Source: an uncultured Bacilli bacterium (lineage in GTDB: Bacteria > Bacillota_I > Bacilli_A > RF39 > UBA660). From it: a stretch of 52,903 nt of DNA. Position 1 is the stretch's first letter, and every line of letters starts with the position of its first letter. Positions 43,483-52,903 of the stretch are shown piece after piece. Location of the stretch: assembly GCA_934095965.1 (NCBI GenBank), contig CAKOKR010000003.1, forward strand, positions 1 through 52,903, in the 5' to 3' direction. The position numbers and the translations under genes are program-made. Under the pieces are notes generated by a model, which was given only the letters and a program-made list of their open reading frames with translations, had not been told where the DNA came from and did not search any database.

Positions 43483-44572
43483 ATGCAAAAAGAAGAATTG
43501 TTAATAAAATTAACAGAATATAATAATACTTTAAGTGACCTCGGGAGGTATCTTTGACTTAGAAGCAAAGGAAAAGAAAATAAAAGAATTAGAAGAAGAA
43601 CAAACCAAGGAAGATTTTTGGCAAAATATTGATAAAGCTAACGAAGTTAATAAAGAGTTATCAAACTTAAAAAAAGAATTATCTCTATATAGTGATTTAA
43701 ATAAACAAATTAATGAAGGTTTAGAATTATTAAATAGTGATGTTGATAACGATATTATTTTGTTGATAAGCGAAGAGTTATCAACACTAAGTAGCAAAAT
43801 AAATGACTTAGAAACAGCTGTTACCCTAAGCGGAGAATTTGATTCATTAAATGCATATTTAGAAATTCATCCCGGAGCTGGAGGAACTGAATCATGTGAC
43901 TGGGCAAGCATGCTCGAGAGAATGTATCAAAGATTTTGTGAAAAATATAACTACAAGTGGGAAATAATTGATGAACAAAAAGGTGAAGAAGCAGGTATAA
44001 AAAGTGTAACTTTAAAAATAAACGGAGATTATGCCTATGGTTATTTAAAAAATGAAACTGGTGTTCATCGTTTAGTTAGAATATCACCATTTGATGCCGG
44101 AGCAAGAAGACATACATCATTTGCATCAGTAAGTATCATGCCAGAGATAAAAAAAGAAATTAACATTGAAATCAAAGAAAATGATTTAAAAATTGATGTA
44201 TATCATTCTAGTGGTGCCGGAGGTCAATCTGTAAATACAAGTAATTCCGCAGTAAGAATTACCCATATTCCAACTAAAACAGTAGTTACTTGTCAAAATG
44301 AAAGAAGTCAACTAAATAACAAAGAACAAGCAATGAAAATGTTAAAGAATAAGTTATATATGATTGAACTAGAAAAAGAAAGACAAAAAACAAATGAATT
44401 AAAAGGTGAATCATCAAGTATCAATTTTGGAAGCCAAATAAGAAGTTATATTTTAGAACCTTATAAAATGGTGAAAGATCATCGAACTAATTATCAAAGT
44501 AATGAACCTGAAAAAATATTAGATGGTAATATAATGGATATGCTTGTATACAATCTAAAGGAGCTAAAATGA
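43483..44572 (+). CDS. prfB: Peptide chain release factor 2, requires a programmed +1 frameshift: join(43483..43554, 43556..44572)
   Basis: ORF0 is MQKEELLIKLTEYNNTLSDLGRYL followed by an in-frame TGA. The +1 frame continues DLEAKEKKIKELEE.... SPF tripeptide (RISPFDAG) and GGQ (SGAGGQSVN). Confidence 0.92.
43543..43558 (+). promoter_or_regulatory. prfB +1 frameshift site
   Basis: GGGAGG TAT CTT TGA C: an internal Shine-Dalgarno-like element 3 nt upstream of the slippery CTT followed by TGA C. Confidence 0.9.
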
Positions 44573-45882
44573 ATAAAGAACTAGAATTTTTAAAAGAAAA
44601 TATTAATAAAAATGACATAGTTGTAGTAGCTTGCAGTGGTGGACCAGATTCAATGTGCTTATTAAGCTTAGTAAATGAAATAAAGAATGAATTAAACTTA
44701 AAAATAATTGTTGCTCATGTAAATCACAAATTAAGAGTTGAAAGCGAAGAAGAAAAAGAAATGGTAGAAAACTATTCAAAAGAAAATAACTTAATATTTG
44801 AATTACTTGAAATAAATAAATACACTAATAACAAATTTAGTGAAGATGATGCCCGAAAAAGAAGATATGATTTCTTTGATGAATTAATAAAAAAATATAA
44901 TGCAAAGATTTTATTAACAGCACATCATGGTGATGATTTAATTGAAACAATATTGATGCGTTTAACTCGTGGAAGCAATTTAAGTGGTTACATAGGAATA
45001 AAAATGATTAATAAAAATGATGAATATAAAATTCTAAGACCATTATTAAGTACTACAAAAGATAATATTTTGGATTACTTAAATAAAAATAATATTCCAT
45101 ATCGAATTGATAAAACAAACGAAGAATTGGAACATACAAGAAATAAATATCGTCATTATATATTACCATTTTTAAAAAAAGAAAATAACAAAGTTCATGA
45201 AAAATACTTGAAATTTTCAAAAGAATTAATAGAATATGATAATTTTGTTAATACTTATATTATAAATAATAAATTTATTGTGGATAATTCAATAGTTATT
45301 AACAAAATAAAGGATGAAAGTGATTTTATCAAAAGAAAAGCTCTAGAATTACTAATTAAAGAAATTCAAAAAAAAGATTTATTTGATATATCTGATGAAC
45401 AAATGAAAAATTTAATGAAGTTATACACATTAGATAACAAATCAATTGATTTAAATAACAACTATCAAGGAATAAACAGCTATGGAAAGATTTTGATATT
45501 AAAGAAAAATGATAAAGTATTAAATAAAGTTTTATTAGACAAAGATATGAAATTATCAGATTATTACTTTTATTATAATGATGAGACTAAAAAAGATAAC
45601 ACAAATTCATGTATATTATTAAATAGTAATGAAATAAAACTTCCTTTGTATATAAGGTCATTTGATAATGGTGATAGAATAGTTGTTAAGAATTTAAATG
45701 GTAGTAAAAAAGTAAGTGATATTTTTATAGATAATAAGGTGCCAAAACATAAAAGAAGTACTTATCCCATCCTAGTTGATGCAAATAATACCATTTTATG
45801 GGTACCAAATCTAAAAAAATCACAATTTTCTAAAGACATTTCCGAAAAATATGATATAATAATTAAATGTGAGGCAAGGTGA
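44569..45882 (+). CDS. tilS: tRNA(Ile)-lysidine synthase
   Basis: PP-loop VVACSGGPDSMCLL. ATGA overlap with prfB. Confidence 0.9.
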   Translation: MNKELEFLKENINKNDIVVVACSGGPDSMCLLSLVNEIKNELNLKIIVAHVNHKLRVESEEEKEMVENYSKENNLIFELLEINKYTNNKFSEDDARKRRYDFFDELIKKYNAKILLTAHHGDDLIETILMRLTRGSNLSGYIGIKMINKNDEYKILRPLLSTTKDNILDYLNKNNIPYRIDKTNEELEHTRNKYRHYILPFLKKENNKVHEKYLKFSKELIEYDNFVNTYIINNKFIVDNSIVINKIKDESDFIKRKALELLIKEIQKKDLFDISDEQMKNLMKLYTLDNKSIDLNNNYQGINSYGKILILKKNDKVLNKVLLDKDMKLSDYYFYYNDETKKDNTNSCILLNSNEIKLPLYIRSFDNGDRIVVKNLNGSKKVSDIFIDNKVPKHKRSTYPILVDANNTILWVPNLKKSQFSKDISEKYDIIIKCEAR

Positions 45883-45890
45883 ATAATTAA

Positions 45891-47825
45891 ATGAATACAA
45901 AAATGAAAAAAAATAACAATTTAAAAAATTTATTACCCTACATAGTTTTAATGGCAGTAATTGCTTTTGTGCTACTTGCACTAAATATGCAAGGAACTAC
46001 AGTAAAAGAACTAAAGACAGGGGAATTAATTTCTGAATTAAAAGAAAATAATGTAACAGAAATAACTGTTACTCCACAAAGTAACAAAAGCATTTATGTA
46101 ATTGAAGGTAGATTAGAAGGATATAAAAAATCTGAAAAATTTACATCAAAAGTTGTTGCTGGTGAACTAGATACAGTTCTTGAACTTATTAATGAAAATA
46201 ATGTTAAAGAATATGATACTAATCCAGATCCAGGTGAAAATATTATTCTTTATTTAGCAGTTAATGTATTACCTTTATTATTAATGGTAGTAATAATGTA
46301 TATTTTATTTACAAAACTAGCTAATTCAAATAAGAACTCAATGGATTTCGGTAGAAGCAAAGCTAGATTAAGTAATGATTCTGATAAGAAAAGTTTCAAA
46401 GATGTAGCGGGATTAAAAGAAGAAAAAGAAGAAGTTGAAGAATTAATAGACTTCTTGAAGAACCCTAAAAAGTTTGAAAAAATGGGAGCAAGAATTCCTA
46501 AAGGAGTATTATTAGTAGGTCCTCCAGGAACAGGTAAAACTTTACTTGCTAAAGCTATTGCTGGTGAAGCTAATGTACCATTCTTCTTTATAAGTGGTTC
46601 AGATTTCGTTGAATTATTTGTAGGTGTCGGAGCATCACGTGTTCGTGATATGTTCAAAGAAGCAAAAAGAAATGCCCCATGTCTAATATTTATAGATGAA
46701 ATTGATGCTGTAGGTCGTCAAAGAGGAACAGGTCTTGGTGGTGGACATGATGAAAGAGAACAAACCCTTAACCAATTATTAACTGAAATGGATGGTTTTG
46801 GTGAAAATGAAGGCATCATTATTATTGCAGCTACAAATAGACCAGATGTTTTAGACCCAGCTCTACTTCGTCCAGGTCGTTTCGATAGACAAGTAACAGT
46901 AAGTCTACCAGATGCTAATGAACGTGAACAAATTTTAAAGGTTCATGCTAAAAATAAAACATTAGGTAAAGATGTTAATTTAACAAATTTATCTTTACGT
47001 ACACCAGGTTTCTCTGGAGCAGATCTAGAAAACTTACTAAATGAAGCTGCACTTCTTACTGTTCGTCGTAATAAACATGCCATAACAATGGATGAAATCG
47101 ATGAAGCAACAGATAGAGTTTTACTCGGACCTGCTAAAACAACAAGAAAAATTACAGATAAAGAAAAGAAACTTGTTTCAATCCATGAAGCGGGACACGC
47201 TGTAATTGGTATAAAGTTAGAAGATGCTCAAGAAGTTCACAAAATTACAATTATACCTCGTGGTATGGCAGGTGGATACACAATGATGCTTCCAAAAGAA
47301 GAAAAAATTGCTGTCATGACTAAAGATGAATTGTTAGCTCAAATCACTGGCTTACTAGGTGGTCGTGTAAGTGAAGAAATGTTCTTACATGAAATTTCAA
47401 CCGGAGCAAGTGATGACTTCAAAAAAGCAACACGTATTGCAAGAAGTATGGTTACTGAATATGGAATGAGTGATTTAGGTCCAGTTCAATATGAGGAAAA
47501 GAGTGAAAATGTCTTCTTAGGAAGAGATTATGCTAAATCAAGAGATTTCTCAGATCAAGTAGCTTTAGAAATTGATGAACAAGTTCGTAAAATTATCGAG
47601 GATTGTTATGAAAAAGCTAAAAAGATTATTGGCGAAAACAAAGACTTAATCTTTGCCCTAAGTGATGCATTAATGCAATATGAAACAATTACTAAAGAAC
47701 AAATTGAATCTATCGTAAAAACTGGTAAGATTAAACCTATCGAAGAAAGCGAAGAAGAAAAACAAACTGAAGTTAAAGAAGATCCAAATAAAAAAGTAAA
47801 GAAAAATAAGGAAGAAAATAAATAA
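45891..47825 (+). CDS. ftsH: ATP-dependent zinc metalloprotease FtsH
   Basis: Walker [12 protein letters not shown] region, and zinc site HEAGHAVIG. Two N-terminal TM segments. Confidence 0.95.
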   Translation: MNTKMKKNNNLKNLLPYIVLMAVIAFVLLALNMQGTTVKELKTGELISELKENNVTEITVTPQSNKSIYVIEGRLEGYKKSEKFTSKVVAGELDTVLELINENNVKEYDTNPDPGENIILYLAVNVLPLLLMVVIMYILFTKLANSNKNSMDFGRSKARLSNDSDKKSFKDVAGLKEEKEEVEELIDFLKNPKKFEKMGARIPKGVLLVGPPGTGKTLLAKAIAGEANVPFFFISGSDFVELFVGVGASRVRDMFKEAKRNAPCLIFIDEIDAVGRQRGTGLGGGHDEREQTLNQLLTEMDGFGENEGIIIIAATNRPDVLDPALLRPGRFDRQVTVSLPDANEREQILKVHAKNKTLGKDVNLTNLSLRTPGFSGADLENLLNEAALLTVRRNKHAITMDEIDEATDRVLLGPAKTTRKITDKEKKLVSIHEAGHAVIGIKLEDAQEVHKITIIPRGMAGGYTMMLPKEEKIAVMTKDELLAQITGLLGGRVSEEMFLHEISTGASDDFKKATRIARSMVTEYGMSDLGPVQYEEKSENVFLGRDYAKSRDFSDQVALEIDEQVRKIIEDCYEKAKKIIGENKDLIFALSDALMQYETITKEQIESIVKTGKIKPIEESEEEKQTEVKEDPNKKVKKNKEENK

Positions 47826-47871
47826 ATGTTGCAAAGTTTGTAAACTTGTGATAAATTAATAAAGAACGGAT

Positions 47872-48099
47872 GTGTTAAATATGTTAGAAAATATATTACT
47901 TGTAGTATCTGTATTATTAATTGCTATAGTTCTTTTACAAGGAAATAAAGCAAGTGATGCAGGTTCAATTATAACTGGTGGAAATGAAAATTTATTTGGT
48001 CACCAAAAAGAAAGAGGATTAGAACTTGTTGTAACAAGATTAACAATGATTCTAGGAATACTTTTCTTTGTAATATCTTTAGTATTATTCTTAAAATAA
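47872..48099 (+). CDS. secG: Preprotein translocase subunit SecG
   Basis: 75 aa with two TM segments. LLQGNKASDAGSIITGG is typical of SecG. Upstream of rnr-smpB as in Bacillus. Alternative ATG at 47881. Confidence 0.75.
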   Translation: MLNMLENILLVVSVLLIAIVLLQGNKASDAGSIITGGNENLFGHQKERGLELVVTRLTMILGILFFVISLVLFLK

Positions 48100-48125
48100 A
48101 GTTGAAACATACTTTATTTTTTTTT
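48094..48125 (+). terminator. Rho-independent terminator after secG
   Basis: AAATAAAGT-TGAAACAT-ACTTTATTT followed by a T-run. The stem is A/T-rich. Confidence 0.6.
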
Positions 48126-48164
48126 ATCAATAATGTATAATAATACTAATGATAGGAGACGCGT

Positions 48165-48512
48165 ATGAAAAGAAATGGATTTACATTAATTGAAATACTA
48201 GTTGTTATAGCTCTTTTAGCAGCAGTTTCTGTAACGGTCGGAGTGAGTATGACAGGAATGACACAAAGAGATAATGAAAAAAAGATAAAAGAATATCAAA
48301 CAACAATTGAAAATGCAGCATGCGTATATGCTGAAGTTAAGAATATGACATCTAATACAACAGTGACAATTGGAACACTTTTAGATGAAGGATATTTAAG
48401 GAAAAACTTAACAAATCCATCAACAAAAAATAATATAGAAGAAGAAAGGACGAAAAGAGTAACTATCAAATGGATAAATAATGAAAAAAAATGTGAATTT
48501 AAGACTAGTTAA
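48165..48512 (+). CDS. Type IV prepilin-like / ComGC-like pseudopilin
   Basis: Class III signal MKRNG-FTLIEILVVIALLAAVS, with Gly at -1 and Glu at +5. 115 aa. Confidence 0.75.
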   Translation: MKRNGFTLIEILVVIALLAAVSVTVGVSMTGMTQRDNEKKIKEYQTTIENAACVYAEVKNMTSNTTVTIGTLLDEGYLRKNLTNPSTKNNIEEERTKRVTIKWINNEKKCEFKTS

Positions 48513-48549
48513 ATTTATTTAAATATGATATACTTTATGTGTGATAAAT

Positions 48550-48906
48550 ATGAAAGATAAAAAGCGGGTTCAAACAATTTTATTAATTTTAATTGGGGTT
48601 ATTGCGATTATACTAGCTATCGTTTTAATTTTTGGTGGCTTAAAAGATAAAAGTGTAAAGAAATATTACAATGAAGTAGAAAAAGCAGCATGTAAGTTAG
48701 CAGAAGATGAAAATTATAATGAAGTATTATGTGATGCATTTAAAAACTTATGTAAAGTAGATTTTGAAAAGTTAATTAACCGAGAATACATCGATAGTAA
48801 TTTAATAAATCCAATAAACAAAAAGAAAATTAGTGAAGATACTAAAAGTTATGTACAAGTATCTTGGAAGGACGAAAAGATGGTTTGTACTTATAAAGAA
48901 GGTTAG
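48550..48906 (+). CDS. Paralog of the pilin globular domain with an uncleaved-type TM anchor
   Basis: Shares the pattern KK..Y...E.AAC..AE ... L.NP..K..I.E ... V.W...K..C.(F/Y)K with 48165-48512. It lacks the G-FTLIE cleavage motif. The start is uncertain (GTG 48541 or ATG 48550). Confidence 0.45.
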   Translation: MKDKKRVQTILLILIGVIAIILAIVLIFGGLKDKSVKKYYNEVEKAACKLAEDENYNEVLCDAFKNLCKVDFEKLINREYIDSNLINPINKKKISEDTKSYVQVSWKDEKMVCTYKEG

Positions 48907-48911
48907 ATTGG

Positions 48912-51029
48912 ATGAAAGAAAAAATAATTGAAGCACTAAAAGACTGTACAAAAGCTCAAACATTAAATGATATTAATAGAAAATTACATATGAATTCCAT
49001 GCAAGAAATTGAAGAAATGGAAAATGTTTTGAATGCCTTGGTGGAAGAAGGAATAGTTCACAAATCAAAAAAACATGAATACATTCTTATGGAAAATACA
49101 AAAGCCCTTAAAGTGGGGATTTTGCGTATTAATAAAAATGGCAATGGGTTCGTAGATGTTAAAGATGGAGAAGATATATTTGTTTATAAAACAGACTTAA
49201 TGGGAGCAATTCACGGAGATTTTGTTGAAGTTGAAATAACTTCAAAATTAGATGACCCAGATCCATCTGGAGTAATTAGACACATTTTAAAAAGAGATTT
49301 AAAATATGTTGTCGGAGAAATGATTGTTGTTAACAAAAAATTATCATTTAAACCAGATGATGAAAAATTAAATGTAGCATTTAGAATAACTAAAGAAAGT
49401 ATGAAAGGTTGTGTTGAAGGGCACAAGGTAGTAGTAGCAATATTAAAAGAAATAAGAGATAGAGTTTTTCTTGGTAAAATAGAAAAAATAATTGGACATA
49501 AAAATGATCCAGGTGTAGATATCTTAACAATAGCTGCTAAGCATTCAATAGATCCAGTCTTTAGTAATGCTGTAATTGAAGAATTAAAACATATACCTGA
49601 TGAAGTAAGTGAAAAAGAACTCATCGGAAGAAAAGACTTAACAAATGAAATAATTTTTACAATAGATGGTGATGATACAAAAGATATTGATGATGCCATA
49701 AGTGTAAAGAAAAATGGTGAAAACTATGAACTAGGAGTACATATCGCAGATGTATCAAACTATGTTAAAGTTGGAACAGAACTATATGAAAGTGCATTTA
49801 GCCGTGGAACATCAAGTTATTTAGCTGATACTGTAATACCTATGATACCACATCAATTATCAAATGGTATTTGTTCCCTAAATCCGGAAGTTATACGTTT
49901 AACTATAAGCTGTGTTATGCAAATAAATAACAAAGGAAAAGTAGTAGACTATGAAATATTTCCATCATTTATTAAATCAAGAAAACAAATGACTTATAAA
50001 AATGTCAACAAGATTCTAGATGAAAATATTATACCTGAAGGCTATGAAGAATTTGCAGATACTTTAAAATTAATGCATGAACTAGCTAAGATTTTACGTG
50101 CTGAAAAAGTAAGCCGCGGATACATTGACTTTGGAATTGATGAAGCTAAAGTAGTTCAAGATGAAAATGGTAAAGCAATAGATATAGTAAAAAGAGTTCA
50201 AGGAACTGGTGAAAAGTTAATCGAAGACTTTATGATAGCAGCTAATGAAACAGTAGCAACTCATATAAGTAACATGGATCTTCCATTTATTTATCGTGTT
50301 CACGATTTACCAAATAGTGATAAAATCGAAGATTTCAGCAATCTATTAAAACAACTTGGATATCATTTAAATGTCAACATGAATTCCCTAACTCCAAAAA
50401 CTATGCAACAAATTCTAGATGAACTAAGGGATAAAGATGAATTTATGATTTTATCTGATATGCTTTTAAGAAGTATGAAAAAAGCTATATATAGTACCAA
50501 CAATATTGGTCACTTTGGACTTGCAAGTAAAAACTATACTCATTTTACAAGTCCAATAAGAAGATTCCCAGATTTAACTGTTCATAGATTATTAAGAACA
50601 TATCTTTTTGAAAATAGAATCGATATGGAAACTATTAATTTCAATGCTAAATATTTAATTGATGTTGCCGAACATTCTAGTGAAACTGAAGTAAATGCTA
50701 TCGAAGCAGAACGTGAAGTATTAGATATGAAAATGGCTGAATATATGGAAAGTCATATTGGTGAAGAATATGATGGAATTATCAGCGGAGTAACTAACTT
50801 TGGTTTATTTATTGAACTATCAAACCTAGTTGAAGGTCTAGTTCACATAAGTACTTTACCAGGTTATTTTGAACACGTACCAGAAATGTTATCTTTAGTA
50901 AGTAGTGATAAAAAAACAAAATACCGCATCGGAGATAAAGTAAGAGTTAAAGTTATCAACGCTAATAAGGATCAAAAAATAATTGATTTTGAATTAGTAA
51001 AGGAAGATAAAGATGGAAATAAAAAATAA
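48912..51029 (+). CDS. rnr: Ribonuclease R
   Basis: RNB catalytic region (FTIDGDDTKDIDDAISV, HFGLASKNYTHFTSPIRRFPDL) and a C-terminal S1 domain (YDGIISGVTNFGLFIEL). Confidence 0.9.
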   Translation: MKEKIIEALKDCTKAQTLNDINRKLHMNSMQEIEEMENVLNALVEEGIVHKSKKHEYILMENTKALKVGILRINKNGNGFVDVKDGEDIFVYKTDLMGAIHGDFVEVEITSKLDDPDPSGVIRHILKRDLKYVVGEMIVVNKKLSFKPDDEKLNVAFRITKESMKGCVEGHKVVVAILKEIRDRVFLGKIEKIIGHKNDPGVDILTIAAKHSIDPVFSNAVIEELKHIPDEVSEKELIGRKDLTNEIIFTIDGDDTKDIDDAISVKKNGENYELGVHIADVSNYVKVGTELYESAFSRGTSSYLADTVIPMIPHQLSNGICSLNPEVIRLTISCVMQINNKGKVVDYEIFPSFIKSRKQMTYKNVNKILDENIIPEGYEEFADTLKLMHELAKILRAEKVSRGYIDFGIDEAKVVQDENGKAIDIVKRVQGTGEKLIEDFMIAANETVATHISNMDLPFIYRVHDLPNSDKIEDFSNLLKQLGYHLNVNMNSLTPKTMQQILDELRDKDEFMILSDMLLRSMKKAIYSTNNIGHFGLASKNYTHFTSPIRRFPDLTVHRLLRTYLFENRIDMETINFNAKYLIDVAEHSSETEVNAIEAEREVLDMKMAEYMESHIGEEYDGIISGVTNFGLFIELSNLVEGLVHISTLPGYFEHVPEMLSLVSSDKKTKYRIGDKVRVKVINANKDQKIIDFELVKEDKDGNKK

Positions 51030-51441
51030 GAAAGCATACTTTAATTACTTTATCATAGATACTAAAGAAGCAGGTATTGTGCTTGTTGGAACAGAAATAA
51101 AATCTGTTAAAAAAGGTTCAGTTAATTTAACTGATAGTTATGTTAGAATAAAAAATAATGAAGCATATGTCATAAACATGTTTATTGATAAATATGATGA
51201 AGGTAGTATCTTTAATCATGAACCAACTCGTGAAAGAAAGCTTTTACTTCATAAAAATGAAATTAAAAAATTACACGAATTAATAGTACGAGATGGATAT
51301 ACTTTAATACCTTTAAAAATATATTTAAAGGATGGTTATGCTAAACTTGAAATAGGCATTTGTAAAGGTAAAAAGTTATATGATAAAAGAGAAACTATAA
51401 AGAAAAGAGATTTAGAAAGAGAACAAAAATATCGGAGGTAG
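51013..51441 (+). CDS. smpB: SsrA-binding protein
   Basis: KKAYFNYFI ... GIVLVGTEIKS ... ERKLLLHK motifs. Follows rnr. Confidence 0.9.
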   Translation: MEIKNKKAYFNYFIIDTKEAGIVLVGTEIKSVKKGSVNLTDSYVRIKNNEAYVINMFIDKYDEGSIFNHEPTRERKLLLHKNEIKKLHELIVRDGYTLIPLKIYLKDGYAKLEIGICKGKKLYDKRETIKKRDLEREQKYRR

Positions 51442-51444
51442 TAA

Positions 51445-52512
51445 ATGAAATCACTAAAAATTAAAATTGGTAAAGATAAAAATAAATTATTTATAGGAAT
51501 TGGACTTGTTGTTATTTTAATACTTGGTGTAGTGGCTTTTATATTATGTAAAGATAAAAAGGAAGATAAACCTAAAAATGATTCACCTGATGTAATAGTA
51601 AAAGATAATACAACACCAAAGAAACTAAAAATAGTTGATGAAAATAGTACTTCAAGACCATATGCAGTTATGATTAATAATATTAATGTTGCAAGACCAT
51701 TACAAAGTGGTTTACAAGATGCTTATATTATGTATGAAATAATTGTTGAAGGTGGAATTACAAGATATATGGCACTATTTATGGATCAAAATACTGCACG
51801 TATTGGTTCAATTCGTAGTGCAAGACATTATTTTATTGATTATGCTTTAGAAAATGATGCAATTTATGTACATCATGGACAAAGTCCCCAAGCACAAAGA
51901 GACTTCAGTGCCCTTGGAGTAGATAGAATTGTGGTTGATAACACAAAAACAGGATGGAGAGATAAAACTCTAAATGTATCAAGTGAACATACATTATTTA
52001 CAAGTATTGAAAAATTAAATACTGGTCTTGGTAATAAAAGAACAACTAGAAAAGGTAATTTGTTATTAAATTATAGTATCGATGAAATTAATTTATCTGA
52101 AATGGAAGGTAGTTCTAAAGCTGATAATGTTTCAATTAGATATTCAAGTGGAATGGTATCAAGTTATACATATGATGCAGAACATCAATACTATTTAAGA
52201 AGTGTAAATGGCAAAGCTCACACAGATTATGTAACAAAAGAACAATATCATTTTAAAAATATAATTACATATCAAGTTAAAAACTATACATTAAATGATG
52301 GTGAAAATAAAGGTCGCCAAGACGTAGAAAATGTAGGTTCAGGAACTGGATATTACATAACTGATGGTTATAGTATTCCAATTAAATGGAGTAAATCATC
52401 AAGAAGTGAAAAAACAAAATATTACTTCACAAATGGTGAAGAACTAAAAGTTAATGATGGAAACACATTTATTCAAATTCAACCACTTGGAGAAACATTA
52501 ACCATAAATTAA
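51445..52512 (+). CDS. DUF3048/YerB-like exported protein
   Basis: N-terminal anchor. RPYAVMINNINVARPLQSGLQDAYIMYEIIVEGGITRYMALF is recalled as the DUF3048 core. Confidence 0.65.
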   Translation: MKSLKIKIGKDKNKLFIGIGLVVILILGVVAFILCKDKKEDKPKNDSPDVIVKDNTTPKKLKIVDENSTSRPYAVMINNINVARPLQSGLQDAYIMYEIIVEGGITRYMALFMDQNTARIGSIRSARHYFIDYALENDAIYVHHGQSPQAQRDFSALGVDRIVVDNTKTGWRDKTLNVSSEHTLFTSIEKLNTGLGNKRTTRKGNLLLNYSIDEINLSEMEGSSKADNVSIRYSSGMVSSYTYDAEHQYYLRSVNGKAHTDYVTKEQYHFKNIITYQVKNYTLNDGENKGRQDVENVGSGTGYYITDGYSIPIKWSKSSRSEKTKYYFTNGEELKVNDGNTFIQIQPLGETLTIN

Positions 52513-52521
52513 GGAGGAAAC

Positions 52522-52815
52522 ATGACAGGTTTTATTAGTTTTATAACAGAACATTACTTAATATTTGATATTATTACTATATTTTTAATATTTTCTTTAA
52601 TAGGTTATTTTGTTAATTTAAAAAAAGAAAAAAAGAGTGATTTCAAACTTGATGAAAATATGGTGAATAATAATTATGTAAATACATCAAATAGTTTTCA
52701 AATGAATATGTCAAATGAAAGTACTGTTGAAACTGGAATAAATCAAAATGTTTCACTACAAGATTATGTTAATAAAACAGCTAATATTAAGAATAATGAA
52801 AATAACAACATGTAA
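52522..52815 (+). CDS. Hypothetical single-TM protein
   Basis: 97 aa, one hydrophobic segment, N-rich tail. Confidence 0.35.
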   Translation: MTGFISFITEHYLIFDIITIFLIFSLIGYFVNLKKEKKSDFKLDENMVNNNYVNTSNSFQMNMSNESTVETGINQNVSLQDYVNKTANIKNNENNNM

Positions 52816-52840
52816 ATAAAGGGGTTTGAAGTGATAAAAT

Positions 52841-52882
52841 AAAAGTAGACACAAAAAAAGAATGTGATCTACTTTTATTTTT
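52841..52882 (+). terminator. Rho-independent terminator
   Basis: AAAAGTAGACACA ... TGTGATCTACTTTT imperfect stem followed by ATTTTT. Confidence 0.6.
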
Positions 52883-52903
52883 GTTATAATTTAAATAAGG
52901 AGA

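Noticed and set aside
645-49699. Minus-strand ORFs nested inside long plus-strand genes: 645-851, 1963-2175, 4923-5129, 6041-6307, 7210-7605, 10789-11091, 11934-12149, 12286-12522, 15180-15428, 15768-15977, 16109-16312, 17351-17662, 18198-18560, 20317-20628, 20935-21261, 25513-25773, 25924-26178, 26720-27022, 27676-27969, 29960-30154, 30467-30661, 30787-31083, 31035-31301, 31515-31766, 32075-32281, 33136-33402, 34306-34500, 34509-34724, 36549-36845, 37938-38165, 38591-38899, 42471-42674, 43531-43797, 46250-46657 and 49211-49699.
   Set aside because: Each lies antisense to a gene with strong family motifs. Their products are low-complexity S/F/L/I-rich, typical of shadow frames of K/E/N-rich genes. 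None has a convincing RBS.
51441-52903. Looked for tmRNA (ssrA) downstream of smpB, as in the rnr-smpB-ssrA arrangement of Bacillus.
   Set aside because: The region is fully occupied by two protein-coding ORFs. It shows no G+C-rich tRNA-like GGGG...CCA element, so ssrA must lie elsewhere.
1-52903. Scanned for CRISPR arrays, tRNA or rRNA genes, IS elements, integrases, reverse transcriptases, and parS or Noc-binding sites.
   Set aside because: None were recognised by eye. The only tandem repeat is the 42 bp duplication at 20517-20609. A by-eye scan cannot exclude short or degenerate sites.

Overview
Very AT-rich chromosomal segment from a low-GC Gram-positive bacterium (Bacillota). Nearly all genes lie on the + strand. 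It starts at the origin-proximal block rpmH-rnpA-yidC-jag-mnmE-mnmG-rsmG-parB. It continues through argS, rpoE, prfA/prmC, murA, rpmE, rpiB, a sporulation set (spoIIR, spoIID, a spoIIQ-like gene, spoIIID), csp, hpf, secA, prfB (with the programmed +1 frameshift), tilS, ftsH, secG, rnr and smpB. An RNA polymerase delta subunit, sporulation genes and extreme AT content together suggest an Erysipelotrichia/Bacilli-like spore former; this is inference only. No rRNA, tRNA, CRISPR array, transposase or integrase was seen. The backbone is interrupted at several classically conserved junctions. (1) prfA and prmC are split by a 4.2 kb insertion. It carries a compact module of an AAA+ (MoxR-like) ATPase with an unusual N-terminal fusion, a Walker-A-less AAA paralog, and an HExxH-peptidase/vWA protein. 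This is the best candidate for an uncharacterised system. (2) secA and prfB are separated by about 12 kb of accessory genes: a Nudix/HExxH/YjjX-like operon, an OatA-like gene, an ABC-F gene, a serpin-like gene, a DUF1015-like gene and a sortase-type surface protein. (3) A prepilin-like gene pair sits between secG and rnr. Two short G+C-rich islands stand out against the AT-rich background, each behind a strong sigma-A-type promoter. One is an orphan about 100 nt element downstream of the SGNH gene. The other is a mini-ORF plus structured leader upstream of secA. Both look like unclassified structured RNAs. All family assignments come from motifs read by eye in the supplied translations, and no database search was run.
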